From Promethearchaeota archaeon (GTDB lineage: Archaea; Asgardarchaeota; Lokiarchaeia; Sigyniarchaeales; SOKP01), in assembly GCA_016839555.1 (NCBI GenBank), contig JAEOUA010000012.1, positions 192,001 to 256,000 on the forward strand: 64,000 bases of DNA, read 5' to 3'. Both the position numbers and the translations under genes were made by a program. Of the stretch, positions 30,981 through 41,065 are shown piece by piece (position 1 is the stretch's first letter; every line of letters starts with the position of its first letter). The notes under the pieces were generated by a model. The model made no database searches. It had not been told where the DNA came from and was given only the letters and a program-made list of their open reading frames with translations.

Positions 30981-33900
30981 TTATTGAGCACCTCCTTCTT
31001 TAAATGATTTATTGGATAATTTTTTTCCACCTTTTTTTTCTAATCCTAAAGAATCATCTATGGATAATCCTAACTCCTTCCACTCATCTCCGTATTGTTC
31101 TGCGATGAATTGTTCTTTAATCGGGTAGAGATATTCTTCTGAGATGGCTTCTTTCGCCTTAATCTGCTTTTTAATGTTCCTTGCTTTCTTTACAAATTCA
31201 GGTATCTTTGCTAACTGAACGTATCGATAAATCGCAACAGCAGCTATAACAGTGGCAGTGATAGCAACACCCAATATGAAATAAAAGAGTGGCACGCCCT
31301 CAAAAATTTCTTGCATGTTTACAACAATATTAAAGTCTTGATTTATTGATACGTAATTATCTTTTGTAATGCTTAATTTACAAGATAACGTTTTATCTGC
31401 AAAGAAGGCATCCATATCACTTGTTGGGATACTTACTTGATAAAGTCCATCTCCAATTTCTATAAAGGGGTATAAAGCTCCATCCAGAGTTAATATAACA
31501 CTAGCATCATTTAATGGCAAATTACTGAAACCATCAGACAGTTGAATCGAAAATTGAATATTTTCTCCATAATCTACATCAACTTGGAATTTTAAGGGAA
31601 TAATTGAAATTGGTCGTTCTAGAATTGTTAGAGAGAAATATACAGTCTGTTCTTCATAATTTTCTTTTCTAATATGAGCGGCAATTTCATATTTTCCCAC
31701 TGGTTTATTGGCAGTATCAAAATTTAATACATATAATGAGTCTACAGTTTCAGTTATATTATTGACAGCAAGTCCGTAATTGCCTTCGCTAGTTAATCTA
31801 TTTCCATCTGCGTCTAATTTCCACCAGTTATAATATAATATTTCACAATCGCTAACTCTTGTAGCAACTCGAGTATCCTTATATTCAAGAGTGAAGTTCT
31901 TAGCTTGCCAGACATAAACTTGAAGGGTAAAAGAAGCATCTATAGAATCGTTCACGGAGGTTGGTCTGGATAATATTTGAAGATCCAAGCCTCGAGTACC
32001 ATCTAAATAATATTTTTTTGCTACTGTAAATGTTACTGTATATGTTCTCACTTCCAATGCTGTTGTATTTATTCTCTGAGTATAGTATTCTTGGTTCGAA
32101 TTATATGAAACTGATCCGCTAAGCGGTCCTACTAAATAAGTGACGGATGATACATCATTTTTTAAATCCTTAAATACAGACCTTGAATAATCGGCTTCAA
32201 ATCTAACTGTATAATTTACTGGTTGAGAAGTTTCTATAGAAACACTATAGATTGTATTTTTACTGAAAGCCAATAATTGATCCATTAAGAAATATCCTCC
32301 TCCCACACTATCCGCAACGCTGAATTCCTGACCTGCTATTGTAATTTTCATATTTACCTCTGAAGCTTGAAAATACTGGGTTCCATTATTAATATTATCG
32401 AAATATAATATGGGTGTTTGCATATCCTGCCAACCAAGGTCATCTGCAATAATTTGAAAACTTTGTGAATAGCTAATATCTAGTATTGTATCTGTTTGTG
32501 TAATATTTTCTAAGTTATAATATTCATAGAAATATTGAATATATTTAACACTCATATTTACGTCAAATATTACATTTGGATTATCTGCTTCAACCGAAAA
32601 GCTAAATTGATTACTATATGGAAATAAAGTTATATTATCAATAGATAATAGACCCTTTCCAACACCATTATTAGCTACTGAGTAAGTAAATCTATTTGTA
32701 GCAGTAAAATTCTGATTTGCTCTGATTACTAAGTTCACATCTTCAGGATTTATATCGCTCCAATCTGTTTTGTCTTTGCAGTTATAAATATTAAAGGTTA
32801 TATTTTTAATGGCCCATCCTTCTCCGCTATATGGTATAGAAATAGAATCTGTTATATTAAATTGCGTGTATTGAACATCTATTTGATCCCTTACTAGTTT
32901 AGCTTGGGCTGTAACATCTACCGCATTATTAAAAGTTCCATATAGTTTAAAATTAAAAATATTATTTGTTGTAGGACTCTTTTTATTTAGATATTCCTTT
33001 GGAATTATTATATCATGACAATAACCTAAATTATCTCCTATTGGAACATTTAAGCTACTATTAATTTGAGTAAATGTGTGATTGTTTCCCCAGGGATCTT
33101 CAATTATTATATTCGCAAAAAGACTATCAGCCGTCCAATTTATATTATCAATATTAAGTTCTAATTCCGTTAAATTCCAAACATTTGATGCATCAGGGAT
33201 AGAGAATTGAAACTCATTATTATTATTAAAAATATTATCCTCTATCGTTAAAAATTCTTCATATTGGCCGTATGGTTTAATTGACATATTCACATCTTCA
33301 TTCCAATACGTTGTTTGCATGGAATTATCATTCTCAGATTGATTTACCAATAAATCATTTTTTTGAACCGTCAAATAAAAATACTTCGGTGATGGTGATT
33401 GAAATTGAGTTTTTGAAGCAGTTATTGTTATAGTATATGTCCCAATATCCATATCTCGAAGACGTGTATCAATAATGCCATAATAATAACCAATACCCAT
33501 CTCTTCCTCAGGATACAGATTTCCTGAGAAAACCCTTCCCACTCCTATAACCGTGTATTTAATTGAATCTGTAGTATTAGGTCCAACATAGGGATGATTT
33601 ATATCATTATCGTATTTTGTTATATTGAATAAGACTCTGATTTTGAATTGTGCACCTTGTTTAATAGAGGGATATATCGTAGGATTTAAGTCTATTAACT
33701 CCGTTTGGAAGAAAGTTGGATCTACATTGAGAGAAATGTTAAAATTTTCTTGAGTAGCAAAATTAAATGTATAAGACCAATATGTAGCCGAAATAGGAGT
33801 ATTAACTCCAAACTGCTTTATACCTCCAAAATATGCTCGTAAAGTATAGTTTCCATTAGCTCCTACATCGTAAGTAGAGAGTTCCGAGCTAATAAACCAT

Positions 33901-35636
33901 CGCAATGTTGCTTGACCTGAAGTGTTTGTAACTAAATCAACGATTGGATTGCCCGTCCCATTCTCTTTAAATTCCAGTTTAACATTACTAACTGTAGCCT
34001 CTATATCATTAAGTTCATGGACCATAAAAACAATTGTTGTCATATTTACTATTACATTATCATAGCGATCGGTTGGATCTGTGAAATTCCCCGTAGCTAA
34101 GACTATTTTACTAGATGGATATTCATAATCGGAATCTTCATAATAGACTGTATAATTATAATTATAATTCGTGGTATCATTAATCCAAATGAAGGTTGCA
34201 TTACCAATAGAATTTATCGAACAGTTTTGAATAAATGGAGATGTTGAATTCCCTACTTCTACCCATGCAGTATCGACCGGTACTCCATCAACATCTTTAA
34301 CGTTCAAAATATGTGTACTCGCATCGCAAATTAAATTAATTTCTGTATATGTTTCGTCAATTGGTATTGTTTCAATTATTATTGGATCTGAAGTTGTATT
34401 TATAATTCTGGTTAGCCCACTGTCAGATGTAATCGATACATTAAAAGTTAAATTTAATGGCATAAATCCTAAATCTTCAAATAGAATACTACCCGTATCA
34501 TTTGTTAGCCCGCTTATTAGATAACTTTCCCCAGCGGTATAATTATAGATTGAGACGTTTGCATTAGGTATTGGATACCCATATAAATCAAATGCATTCA
34601 CCTTTATAGAGGCCAGTCCCGGTTCTGCCTCACCAATAGATACGGTCGGTTCAGTCTCCGAATATTTCCTGCACCAAAGATGCGAACCAGGAATAGGATA
34701 AGTCTTTGAACCCCCTGGTGGGGTCCATCCAAGCTGTGAAACAGCTTGTCCGCCCCATTCATACCACTCATATTTAATAGGAATTATTGATGAAAAAATA
34801 TATGGAGTAGAATAATGCTCGTGTGGGGATTGATCATACCATTTATCCATAATTACTGTATTATTAATCCATAATTTGCTGCCATCGTCAGTATAGATCC
34901 AGAATATATGTCCTCCATCACCATCATTAGCAATCCAGCCCTCCCACCTTATACTTACATAATCTGAGAGATTTTCCCAAGGATTACCATTTAATATGAT
35001 ATAGTTTCCGCCCCAATTAAAGTTCGGTGCTGTAGAATAGACATCGGTCCCATGAAATGTGTGAAAATAGTCTCTATTAATGTCTCTATAGTAAAAATAC
35101 CTCAACCCTGAATCCATAGTATTATCAATGCTACTTGCCATTTCTGCATCAAGATTTCCAAAATACATATAAATAGTTTCTATTTCGCTTTGAGATATTT
35201 TTGGAATTTTTACCCATATTGTACTTTTTTCACCCGAAACTTCCATATCTTCTATCCAAAAATCAAGCTCTACACCTGAGGAGTTTGCAAAGCGAATATC
35301 TTTTCCAGATTCATCAAGGTATCCCTTTTCATACCATTCTGTAAGGTTGATATCAATTTGAACTTGATAATCAGTTAAATCTACTCCTGATGATATATTT
35401 ATTGGAATTCTGTATCGCCAACTATAATTCCACCATACATCTCCTCCATTTCCTTGGCTTACAGAAATCGGATTATTGTCAGAAAAATTCTGATTGCCCG
35501 TTAATAACTTATTGGATTCTGAGGTATCTCTAAAATCTAATGAAATCATTACCAAAAAGGGAATAAACATTATAACGAAAAGAATCAATGTGGCTATGAT
35601 TTTTTTTTTTCTAATATTTTTAAATAAAGAATTCAT
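30981..35636 (-). CDS. Large membrane-anchored surface glycoprotein (DUF2341, PA14 and Ig-like repeats, C-terminal TM and basic tail)
   Basis: WWNYSWRYRIPI and DIRF...LDFWIE (DUF2341); SIRWEG, TDDGSKLW, YEWGG (PA14); many NxS/T sites; TM at both ends. Confidence 0.8.
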   Translation of the reverse strand: MNSLFKNIRKKKIIATLILFVIMFIPFLVMISLDFRDTSESNKLLTGNQNFSDNNPISVSQGNGGDVWWNYSWRYRIPINISSGVDLTDYQVQIDINLTEWYEKGYLDESGKDIRFANSSGVELDFWIEDMEVSGEKSTIWVKIPKISQSEIETIYMYFGNLDAEMASSIDNTMDSGLRYFYYRDINRDYFHTFHGTDVYSTAPNFNWGGNYIILNGNPWENLSDYVSIRWEGWIANDGDGGHIFWIYTDDGSKLWINNTVIMDKWYDQSPHEHYSTPYIFSSIIPIKYEWYEWGGQAVSQLGWTPPGGSKTYPIPGSHLWCRKYSETEPTVSIGEAEPGLASIKVNAFDLYGYPIPNANVSIYNYTAGESYLISGLTNDTGSILFEDLGFMPLNLTFNVSITSDSGLTRIINTTSDPIIIETIPIDETYTEINLICDASTHILNVKDVDGVPVDTAWVEVGNSTSPFIQNCSINSIGNATFIWINDTTNYNYNYTVYYEDSDYEYPSSKIVLATGNFTDPTDRYDNVIVNMTTIVFMVHELNDIEATVSNVKLEFKENGTGNPIVDLVTNTSGQATLRWFISSELSTYDVGANGNYTLRAYFGGIKQFGVNTPISATYWSYTFNFATQENFNISLNVDPTFFQTELIDLNPTIYPSIKQGAQFKIRVLFNITKYDNDINHPYVGPNTTDSIKYTVIGVGRVFSGNLYPEEEMGIGYYYGIIDTRLRDMDIGTYTITITASKTQFQSPSPKYFYLTVQKNDLLVNQSENDNSMQTTYWNEDVNMSIKPYGQYEEFLTIEDNIFNNNNEFQFSIPDASNVWNLTELELNIDNINWTADSLFANIIIEDPWGNNHTFTQINSSLNVPIGDNLGYCHDIIIPKEYLNKKSPTTNNIFNFKLYGTFNNAVDVTAQAKLVRDQIDVQYTQFNITDSISIPYSGEGWAIKNITFNIYNCKDKTDWSDINPEDVNLVIRANQNFTATNRFTYSVANNGVGKGLLSIDNITLFPYSNQFSFSVEADNPNVIFDVNMSVKYIQYFYEYYNLENITQTDTILDISYSQSFQIIADDLGWQDMQTPILYFDNINNGTQYFQASEVNMKITIAGQEFSVADSVGGGYFLMDQLLAFSKNTIYSVSIETSQPVNYTVRFEADYSRSVFKDLKNDVSSVTYLVGPLSGSVSYNSNQEYYTQRINTTALEVRTYTVTFTVAKKYYLDGTRGLDLQILSRPTSVNDSIDASFTLQVYVWQAKNFTLEYKDTRVATRVSDCEILYYNWWKLDADGNRLTSEGNYGLAVNNITETVDSLYVLNFDTANKPVGKYEIAAHIRKENYEEQTVYFSLTILERPISIIPLKFQVDVDYGENIQFSIQLSDGFSNLPLNDASVILTLDGALYPFIEIGDGLYQVSIPTSDMDAFFADKTLSCKLSITKDNYVSINQDFNIVVNMQEIFEGVPLFYFILGVAITATVIAAVAIYRYVQLAKIPEFVKKARNIKKQIKAKEAISEEYLYPIKEQFIAEQYGDEWKELGLSIDDSLGLEKKGGKKLSNKSFKEGGAQ

Positions 35637-35826
35637 TGTAATTGCCTTTTTCTTTTTTAATTTTTCTAATTATTAATTTTTTCAATTTTTGATAAATAAA
35701 TTTAAAAAAAAAAAACAAAAAAAAAAATTTTACTAAATTTTTGTATAATAAATAAAATATTGAATATAAAAACTTTAACTAATTTGACAAAATAAGCGAT
35801 AATCTATCTCCAAAGTCGAAATTTAT

Positions 35827-36462
35827 TTATTTCATTTTTTCTAATATTAAAAAAATTTTTCGTTTTTTAGGATTATTCGGATTATCTATTACATAACCAC
35901 CATTAAAATCTATTTGTGAATTAATTAGAGCTTTCATTTTATCCATCAATTTGAAATTTTTTGGATAAAAGTGAAAGACAATTTTGCAGTTAAATTTTAA
36001 AATACTATAAAACGATGAAATTAACTCAATAAAATCATTTTCCATCGTTTTATCTGAAATATCTCTATAAATCCATTGTAGAGCAGAGATAGAAATGATT
36101 CCATTAAACATTTCAGGTTTAAATGGAGATCTACACATATCTGCAACAACAGGATTGATATCCTTCATTTCATAATAGTATAAAAATTGAGATATAATAT
36201 CTAAAGCAACTACTTTATAACCCAATTCTTTTATAAAAAATGAAGCAAATCCAGGGCCACATCCGGCATCTAATAATAAAGAAGATTTTTGGTTAATATC
36301 CAATAATTGTAAAGCTCTTATAGTAATTTTAGTTTGAATTCTCTGCATATTTTTGGAGAGTGAATAGTCTTCAATTCTTTCGGCTGTAAAATAATCACTC
36401 ATATTTTTGTAGAGATCTTCTGGTCTTTCCTTTTTTACATCAAATAAGAATTCATCGTTCAT
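35827..36462 (-). CDS. bud23: Bud23/WBSCR22-like SAM-dependent rRNA methyltransferase
   Basis: RPE, RIQTKITIRALQLL, LDAGCGPG, ISISALQW, FYPKN, GGYVIDNP..KKRKIFLIL match the Bud23 motif series in order. Confidence 0.8.
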   Translation of the reverse strand: MNDEFLFDVKKERPEDLYKNMSDYFTAERIEDYSLSKNMQRIQTKITIRALQLLDINQKSSLLLDAGCGPGFASFFIKELGYKVVALDIISQFLYYYEMKDINPVVADMCRSPFKPEMFNGIISISALQWIYRDISDKTMENDFIELISSFYSILKFNCKIVFHFYPKNFKLMDKMKALINSQIDFNGGYVIDNPNNPKKRKIFLILEKMK

Positions 36463-36594
36463 CCTATTACTATTAAAAATTTAGAATTTTATTGGAATTG
36501 TTTTTAAAATAGATCAAAAATTTTATTATTTTTAATTATTTACTATTAATAAGAGTATAGCATAGAATTTATATATTTAAAGGTATGTATCACT

Positions 36595-36894
36595 GTGTCC
36601 GAAAAAGAAGATAAGGTTTTATTCCGCAAGGATACTCTCAATTTAAGGAGAAAATATGGAAGATCTCAGCGAATAGATGTTATAGAGCGAGATGCTTTTA
36701 TCCCTAAGGGGTTAGAAGAAGAAATTAAAAAGGATATTCTAAATCGAAAAGCCATATTAGCAACGGATATAGCAATTAAATACGATGTGCGAGTCTCTAC
36801 GGTTAAAAAATTATTGGAAAAATATGAGAAAGAAGGAATCATTCAATTACATGATCCATCCTTAAAAATAAATATATATGTCCCTATTTCTTAG
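36595..36894 (+). CDS. rps25e: Ribosomal protein eS25
   Basis: 99-aa wHTH: AILATDIAIKYDVRVSTVKKLLEKYEKEGII. Confidence 0.75.
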   Translation: MSEKEDKVLFRKDTLNLRRKYGRSQRIDVIERDAFIPKGLEEEIKKDILNRKAILATDIAIKYDVRVSTVKKLLEKYEKEGIIQLHDPSLKINIYVPIS

Positions 36895-37009
36895 AACAGC
36901 AATTATTTTTTAATGCAATTCTATAACTTTTAAAAATCTTAAAATGCTTTAAATTAACGGAAACTTATTTTATAACTCATCCAATTTTTTATTATAAAAA
37001 TATTTTAAA

Positions 37010-37091
37010 GCAGATGTAGCCTAGTGGTAAGACGCTGGCCTCGAGAGCCAGTGCGTGAAAGCGCTCGAGGGTTCGAATCCCTCCATCTGCG
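37010..37091 (+). tRNA. tRNA-Ser(CGA), no intron, CCA not encoded
   Basis: Acceptor GCAGATG/CATCTGC, anticodon arm CTGGC-CTCGAGA-GCCAG, long variable arm, GTTCGAATC T-loop, G discriminator. Confidence 0.96.
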
Positions 37092-37148
37092 TTTAAAAAT
37101 TCTTTCAAAAAAAAATTCTTTTATAAATTATTATCTGAAAAAATTTAT

Positions 37149-38084
37149 TTATTGAACTATTTGTGAGATGATAGTTTCCATTTTTGGCTTAGCTGCTTCA
37201 ATTTCATCTAATAACCTAACCGTTTCTTCCAAATTTTCCTCATTTTCTTCAATAATAAAAAGCAAATAAAAATGAAGCATCCCAAAGGTTAAAACCTCAA
37301 TTACGCCCGAAAATCTACTCCCCTCTCTAAATTTATCTGAAAATTCATATAACGAAAGGTTTTCTGATAAGATTCTCTTCTGCAGATGTAAATATCTATC
37401 ATAGATTTTCATTTTTTCATCCAATCGAAGATTAGGTCTCGTATATTCTCCCACCGTAAATCCATTTGAATCATATAAACTAATCAAGACTACATTATAT
37501 TTTTTACTGATTTCATTAAATAATTGAGTTATCATTTCCATTTTATCAAAAAGTAAAGCTAGTCCACTGGAAAAAGCATCCATCACGGATTTTAGATCAT
37601 AAATGCTCGTTTCGAAGAAAAAAAGATCATAATCGGGAGAAAATTTCATCAATGTCTGCCTAAGTGTAAGTGCTTTTTGATTAAGATAATCATTGTTAAT
37701 GAGATCTGGGTCGAATTTATGGAATAATATCGCAACCGGCGGATATTCTCTAATTTCTTTAAAAAAAAGTAGTACTTCTTCTAAATAATCTATTGATTCA
37801 AGGTATCTATCTGGATCTTGAATATCTACTACATAAAAAATTAAGTCTGTACCACCTATATATTTTCCAAGATTATCTAAATACTCTCTTCTATATTCCA
37901 ATTGACCACCAAAATCCATTCTTATGAATTTTATTCCCAAAAATCCAAAAGTATCTCTGCTAACTCTTCGTGTTGGTAAAATTTCTTTTAGTTCTTCTTC
38001 AAATCCGAATTTCTTAGTTATCGCAGTAATAATACTTGTCTTTCCTGCATTATCTAGACCTAAAAAAGCAATTTTTCTCGGCAT
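37149..38084 (-). CDS. Rag/Gtr-like small GTPase with a C-terminal roadblock/longin-like domain
   Basis: GLDNAGKTS, DFGGQ, HKFD, TSIYD, plus about 130 aa of alpha/beta C-terminal domain. Confidence 0.8.
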   Translation of the reverse strand: MPRKIAFLGLDNAGKTSIITAITKKFGFEEELKEILPTRRVSRDTFGFLGIKFIRMDFGGQLEYRREYLDNLGKYIGGTDLIFYVVDIQDPDRYLESIDYLEEVLLFFKEIREYPPVAILFHKFDPDLINNDYLNQKALTLRQTLMKFSPDYDLFFFETSIYDLKSVMDAFSSGLALLFDKMEMITQLFNEISKKYNVVLISLYDSNGFTVGEYTRPNLRLDEKMKIYDRYLHLQKRILSENLSLYEFSDKFREGSRFSGVIEVLTFGMLHFYLLFIIEENEENLEETVRLLDEIEAAKPKMETIISQIVQ

Positions 38085-38223
38085 TTTTTAATTGGAAATT
38101 ATTAATTAAAATTTATATCTTAAAAAGCAACTCTAACTTTTATATTTATATATACAAATTATTGAGAGATATTTTTTCAGTAAAAAACCATCATTTATAT
38201 TATTAGTTTTTGAGATTTTTAAA

Positions 38224-39453
38224 TTATTTTATAATAATTATTTCTTGATTCTTAAGTGCAGTTGAAATTAAATCTTTAATTTTTAATTGTAAGGAATTAT
38301 ACAATTTTATTACTGTTTCCCATTCAAATTCTTGTTTTTTCGGTTTATACTTGCAATAATCTGAATCATAGAGATTATCTGATATTTTTTTCAGCAATTT
38401 CTTAATTTCATCTAATTCCAACCCAATTAAAGGAGTAAAAAGGGGTAAATTTACATAATTATAACTGGCTGCAATTGTATTTAGATCAATTTCCTCGGGA
38501 CAAAAATTATTATTATTAAAATTTAAACCGTCTGTTATGGCTTTAGACTTTTCAATTCCAGTGATATTTTGGGTATTAAGTAGTTTAGAAATAATTTCAA
38601 ATCGCATTAAGCGACAAATCGCACATAAATATTTTTCTTCTTTTGATAAATCTCTTATTGTATCAAGTATTTCAATAAGATTAATTTTTATTATTGTAAA
38701 TTTTGAAAAAGGAGTATAAGAAAAAACTTTTTTCCAATTTGCAATTCTTTTTTCCCATTCTCTATATTCATCTGTAATTTTAAACAAAACAGGATAAATT
38801 GTACATCCTCTTCTCATCATAAAAAAGGCTGCGAGGATATCATCTAATCTCCCAATTTCCATTACTATTAGTTTTTTATTGCTCTCTATTGGAAGTCCTT
38901 TCCATTTATTTTCAATTATTTCTGTAAAAATATAAGAAAATTGGTTTCTCACTTCTATAAAAATTTTTTTATCTGGATTCCCTAAATCAACCGTTAGATC
39001 TAAATCACTAAATTGATCTAAGATTATTTGCCCAACCTTTACTGCCACATCTTGGGAACTAAACTCATGTTTCCCCGAACGTTTCACTCGTAATGCAAAG
39101 CTGTCACCTTTTTGCAGAATTTTTTCAGCAACTTCTAAAGTTCTTTCCGAAATATTTTTTATTTTATTTGAAGTTCTTAATGCGGGACTTATTGAATAAA
39201 TTCCAAATACTTTCTTTAAAACATCAATTGCATTGGCGATGTCTTTGTTTTCGAAAAAGAAAAATATCCTTGCTGTATCTTTACTTATTTGATATTTGTG
39301 ATATGAAATATTTACTTTCCCTAACATACTTTTTATATTGTCTATTAGGGTATGTATCATTCGAAGCTTAATTTTAGTGGATTTTAACCAAATTTCATCA
39401 GTATAGCGAATAAGAATTAAATTATATATTGTTAAAATTTTATTATGTCCCAT
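38224..39453 (-). CDS. thiI: ThiI-like THUMP-domain protein with a degenerate PP-loop
   Basis: LIRYTDEIWLKS, VFGI, FALRVKRSGKH, GLP; SGGxDS replaced by EIGRLDD. Confidence 0.75.
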   Translation of the reverse strand: MGHNKILTIYNLILIRYTDEIWLKSTKIKLRMIHTLIDNIKSMLGKVNISYHKYQISKDTARIFFFFENKDIANAIDVLKKVFGIYSISPALRTSNKIKNISERTLEVAEKILQKGDSFALRVKRSGKHEFSSQDVAVKVGQIILDQFSDLDLTVDLGNPDKKIFIEVRNQFSYIFTEIIENKWKGLPIESNKKLIVMEIGRLDDILAAFFMMRRGCTIYPVLFKITDEYREWEKRIANWKKVFSYTPFSKFTIIKINLIEILDTIRDLSKEEKYLCAICRLMRFEIISKLLNTQNITGIEKSKAITDGLNFNNNNFCPEEIDLNTIAASYNYVNLPLFTPLIGLELDEIKKLLKKISDNLYDSDYCKYKPKKQEFEWETVIKLYNSLQLKIKDLISTALKNQEIIIIK

Positions 39454-39455
39454 TA

Positions 39456-41051
39456 TTAAGAAAAGATATTTACGTGATAAGATCCAATCAAAATTCTTTC
39501 TTTTTCTCTTAGTTTATTTTCATAGATATTTATTAGTCCGTCTTTATATATAATAATTTCAATTAATTCTTCATCAAAACGTTTTGTTCTAAGATTTCCA
39601 CCATTAGAAATTAATGAATTCTCTACTTTTAAATTAAATGGGACGCTTGGAGTACTATTTAAAATAATATCAATTTGAGAGAGTGCTAATTGAGATAAAA
39701 CATCTCCACTATCAGATAGTTCTGTACGCCAAATGCTTAAAGGGGTTGGAATTAAGCTATGAAAGCACGCAAATCCACAAACCTTTTCCCTACTAAACCG
39801 CAAAACCTTTTCAATTAATAAACGTAGTCGTTTTCTCCCAATATATCCGACTGTAGAATCTTTCGTACTCGAATTTATCCCTTGAAAAAATAGTTTATCA
39901 TTTTTATACGAAGGATCCAAAGGACCAATATATTCTTCCCAATAGTCCCATGCAGGAGGGCTGGAATCAGTTTGCCCTGGGACTACAATATAAGGATGTT
40001 TTAATTTATCTAATTTTTCTTTAGCAGTTATAAATTCAGATTTATAACCGTTTTTTGTTAAATTTCCCGTATGTACAATCAAATCTATGTTATCCTTATT
40101 ATTAATATAATTAATGGTTCTATCAATATTTAGACTATTATTATTGTTTTTATTTGAGATTAAAGTGTTTGAGATTTGAACGATCTTACAAAATGGTACT
40201 TCATTGGCTTCTACTTCTCTCGGCTGATAATAATTAATAGATCTCTCAATATCCTTCATATATTGGGATTCTAATACAGGAAAAATTCTAAAATTTATCT
40301 TATTTCCTTCGATATCAATGACATTATATGTGAATAATTCTCTATATCGTGTTTTATTGCAGGAAAACGTACCAGAATTGAAAATATATAGATCTTTTTC
40401 AGGAGAACCAACATTATATAAATTTGAAATATGGCGATGTCCATTAATCACTAAATCTACATGCGTACCCAATAACATCTGAAGAGTGTCTCCAGAATCG
40501 TCTATTGCGGATCTTTCCTTTCCTGTTTTTGGAATAGGAATTGTTTGATGATGAAAACAGATTATTTTTATTTTTTCGTCTCGATCAGCTTTTTCTAATT
40601 GATTTTTAACTGATCTTAAGGTGCTCTGATGGATAATTCCACTTGCTAAATCGGGTTTGGTACTATCAATACCCACTATATAAAGGTCGTTATCTTCATA
40701 TTCAAAGTGCCTTTCACCAATAATTTCTTCAAACAAGAGGTATCCAACATTTTCAGAATCATGATTACCTATTATATAATAAAGTGGTGCCTCAGAAGCA
40801 GGTTTAAATTTACTCATTTGTTGTAAAGCATGTTCATAATCTAATAATGTTCCTGAATGAGTAAGATCACCAAGATGTAAGTAGCACGTCACATCTTTTA
40901 TTTTATTAATCTTTTCGATACCCACATGGAAAATATCTGAATTAAATACTGCATTATGAGGGGTTATATGAGTATCAGAAAAAATTACTAATCGCTTCCT
41001 TTTATTGGTTCCTTTTGAACCCTTAACAATACTTTCAACCATTTTGTTCAC
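39456..41051 (-). CDS. Tandem calcineurin-like metallophosphoesterase
   Basis: First domain SDTH, GDLT, GNHD, HH, GHRH; second domain degenerate (SNT, GNLT, GQTD). Confidence 0.85.
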   Translation of the reverse strand: MNKMVESIVKGSKGTNKRKRLVIFSDTHITPHNAVFNSDIFHVGIEKINKIKDVTCYLHLGDLTHSGTLLDYEHALQQMSKFKPASEAPLYYIIGNHDSENVGYLLFEEIIGERHFEYEDNDLYIVGIDSTKPDLASGIIHQSTLRSVKNQLEKADRDEKIKIICFHHQTIPIPKTGKERSAIDDSGDTLQMLLGTHVDLVINGHRHISNLYNVGSPEKDLYIFNSGTFSCNKTRYRELFTYNVIDIEGNKINFRIFPVLESQYMKDIERSINYYQPREVEANEVPFCKIVQISNTLISNKNNNNSLNIDRTINYINNKDNIDLIVHTGNLTKNGYKSEFITAKEKLDKLKHPYIVVPGQTDSSPPAWDYWEEYIGPLDPSYKNDKLFFQGINSSTKDSTVGYIGRKRLRLLIEKVLRFSREKVCGFACFHSLIPTPLSIWRTELSDSGDVLSQLALSQIDIILNSTPSVPFNLKVENSLISNGGNLRTKRFDEELIEIIIYKDGLINIYENKLREKERILIGSYHVNIFS

Positions 41052-41065
41052 ATTTTCATTTTTTA

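Noticed and set aside
37010-37091. tRNA-Sec
   Set aside because: The anticodon is CGA with a normal 7-bp acceptor stem, so it is tRNA-Ser.
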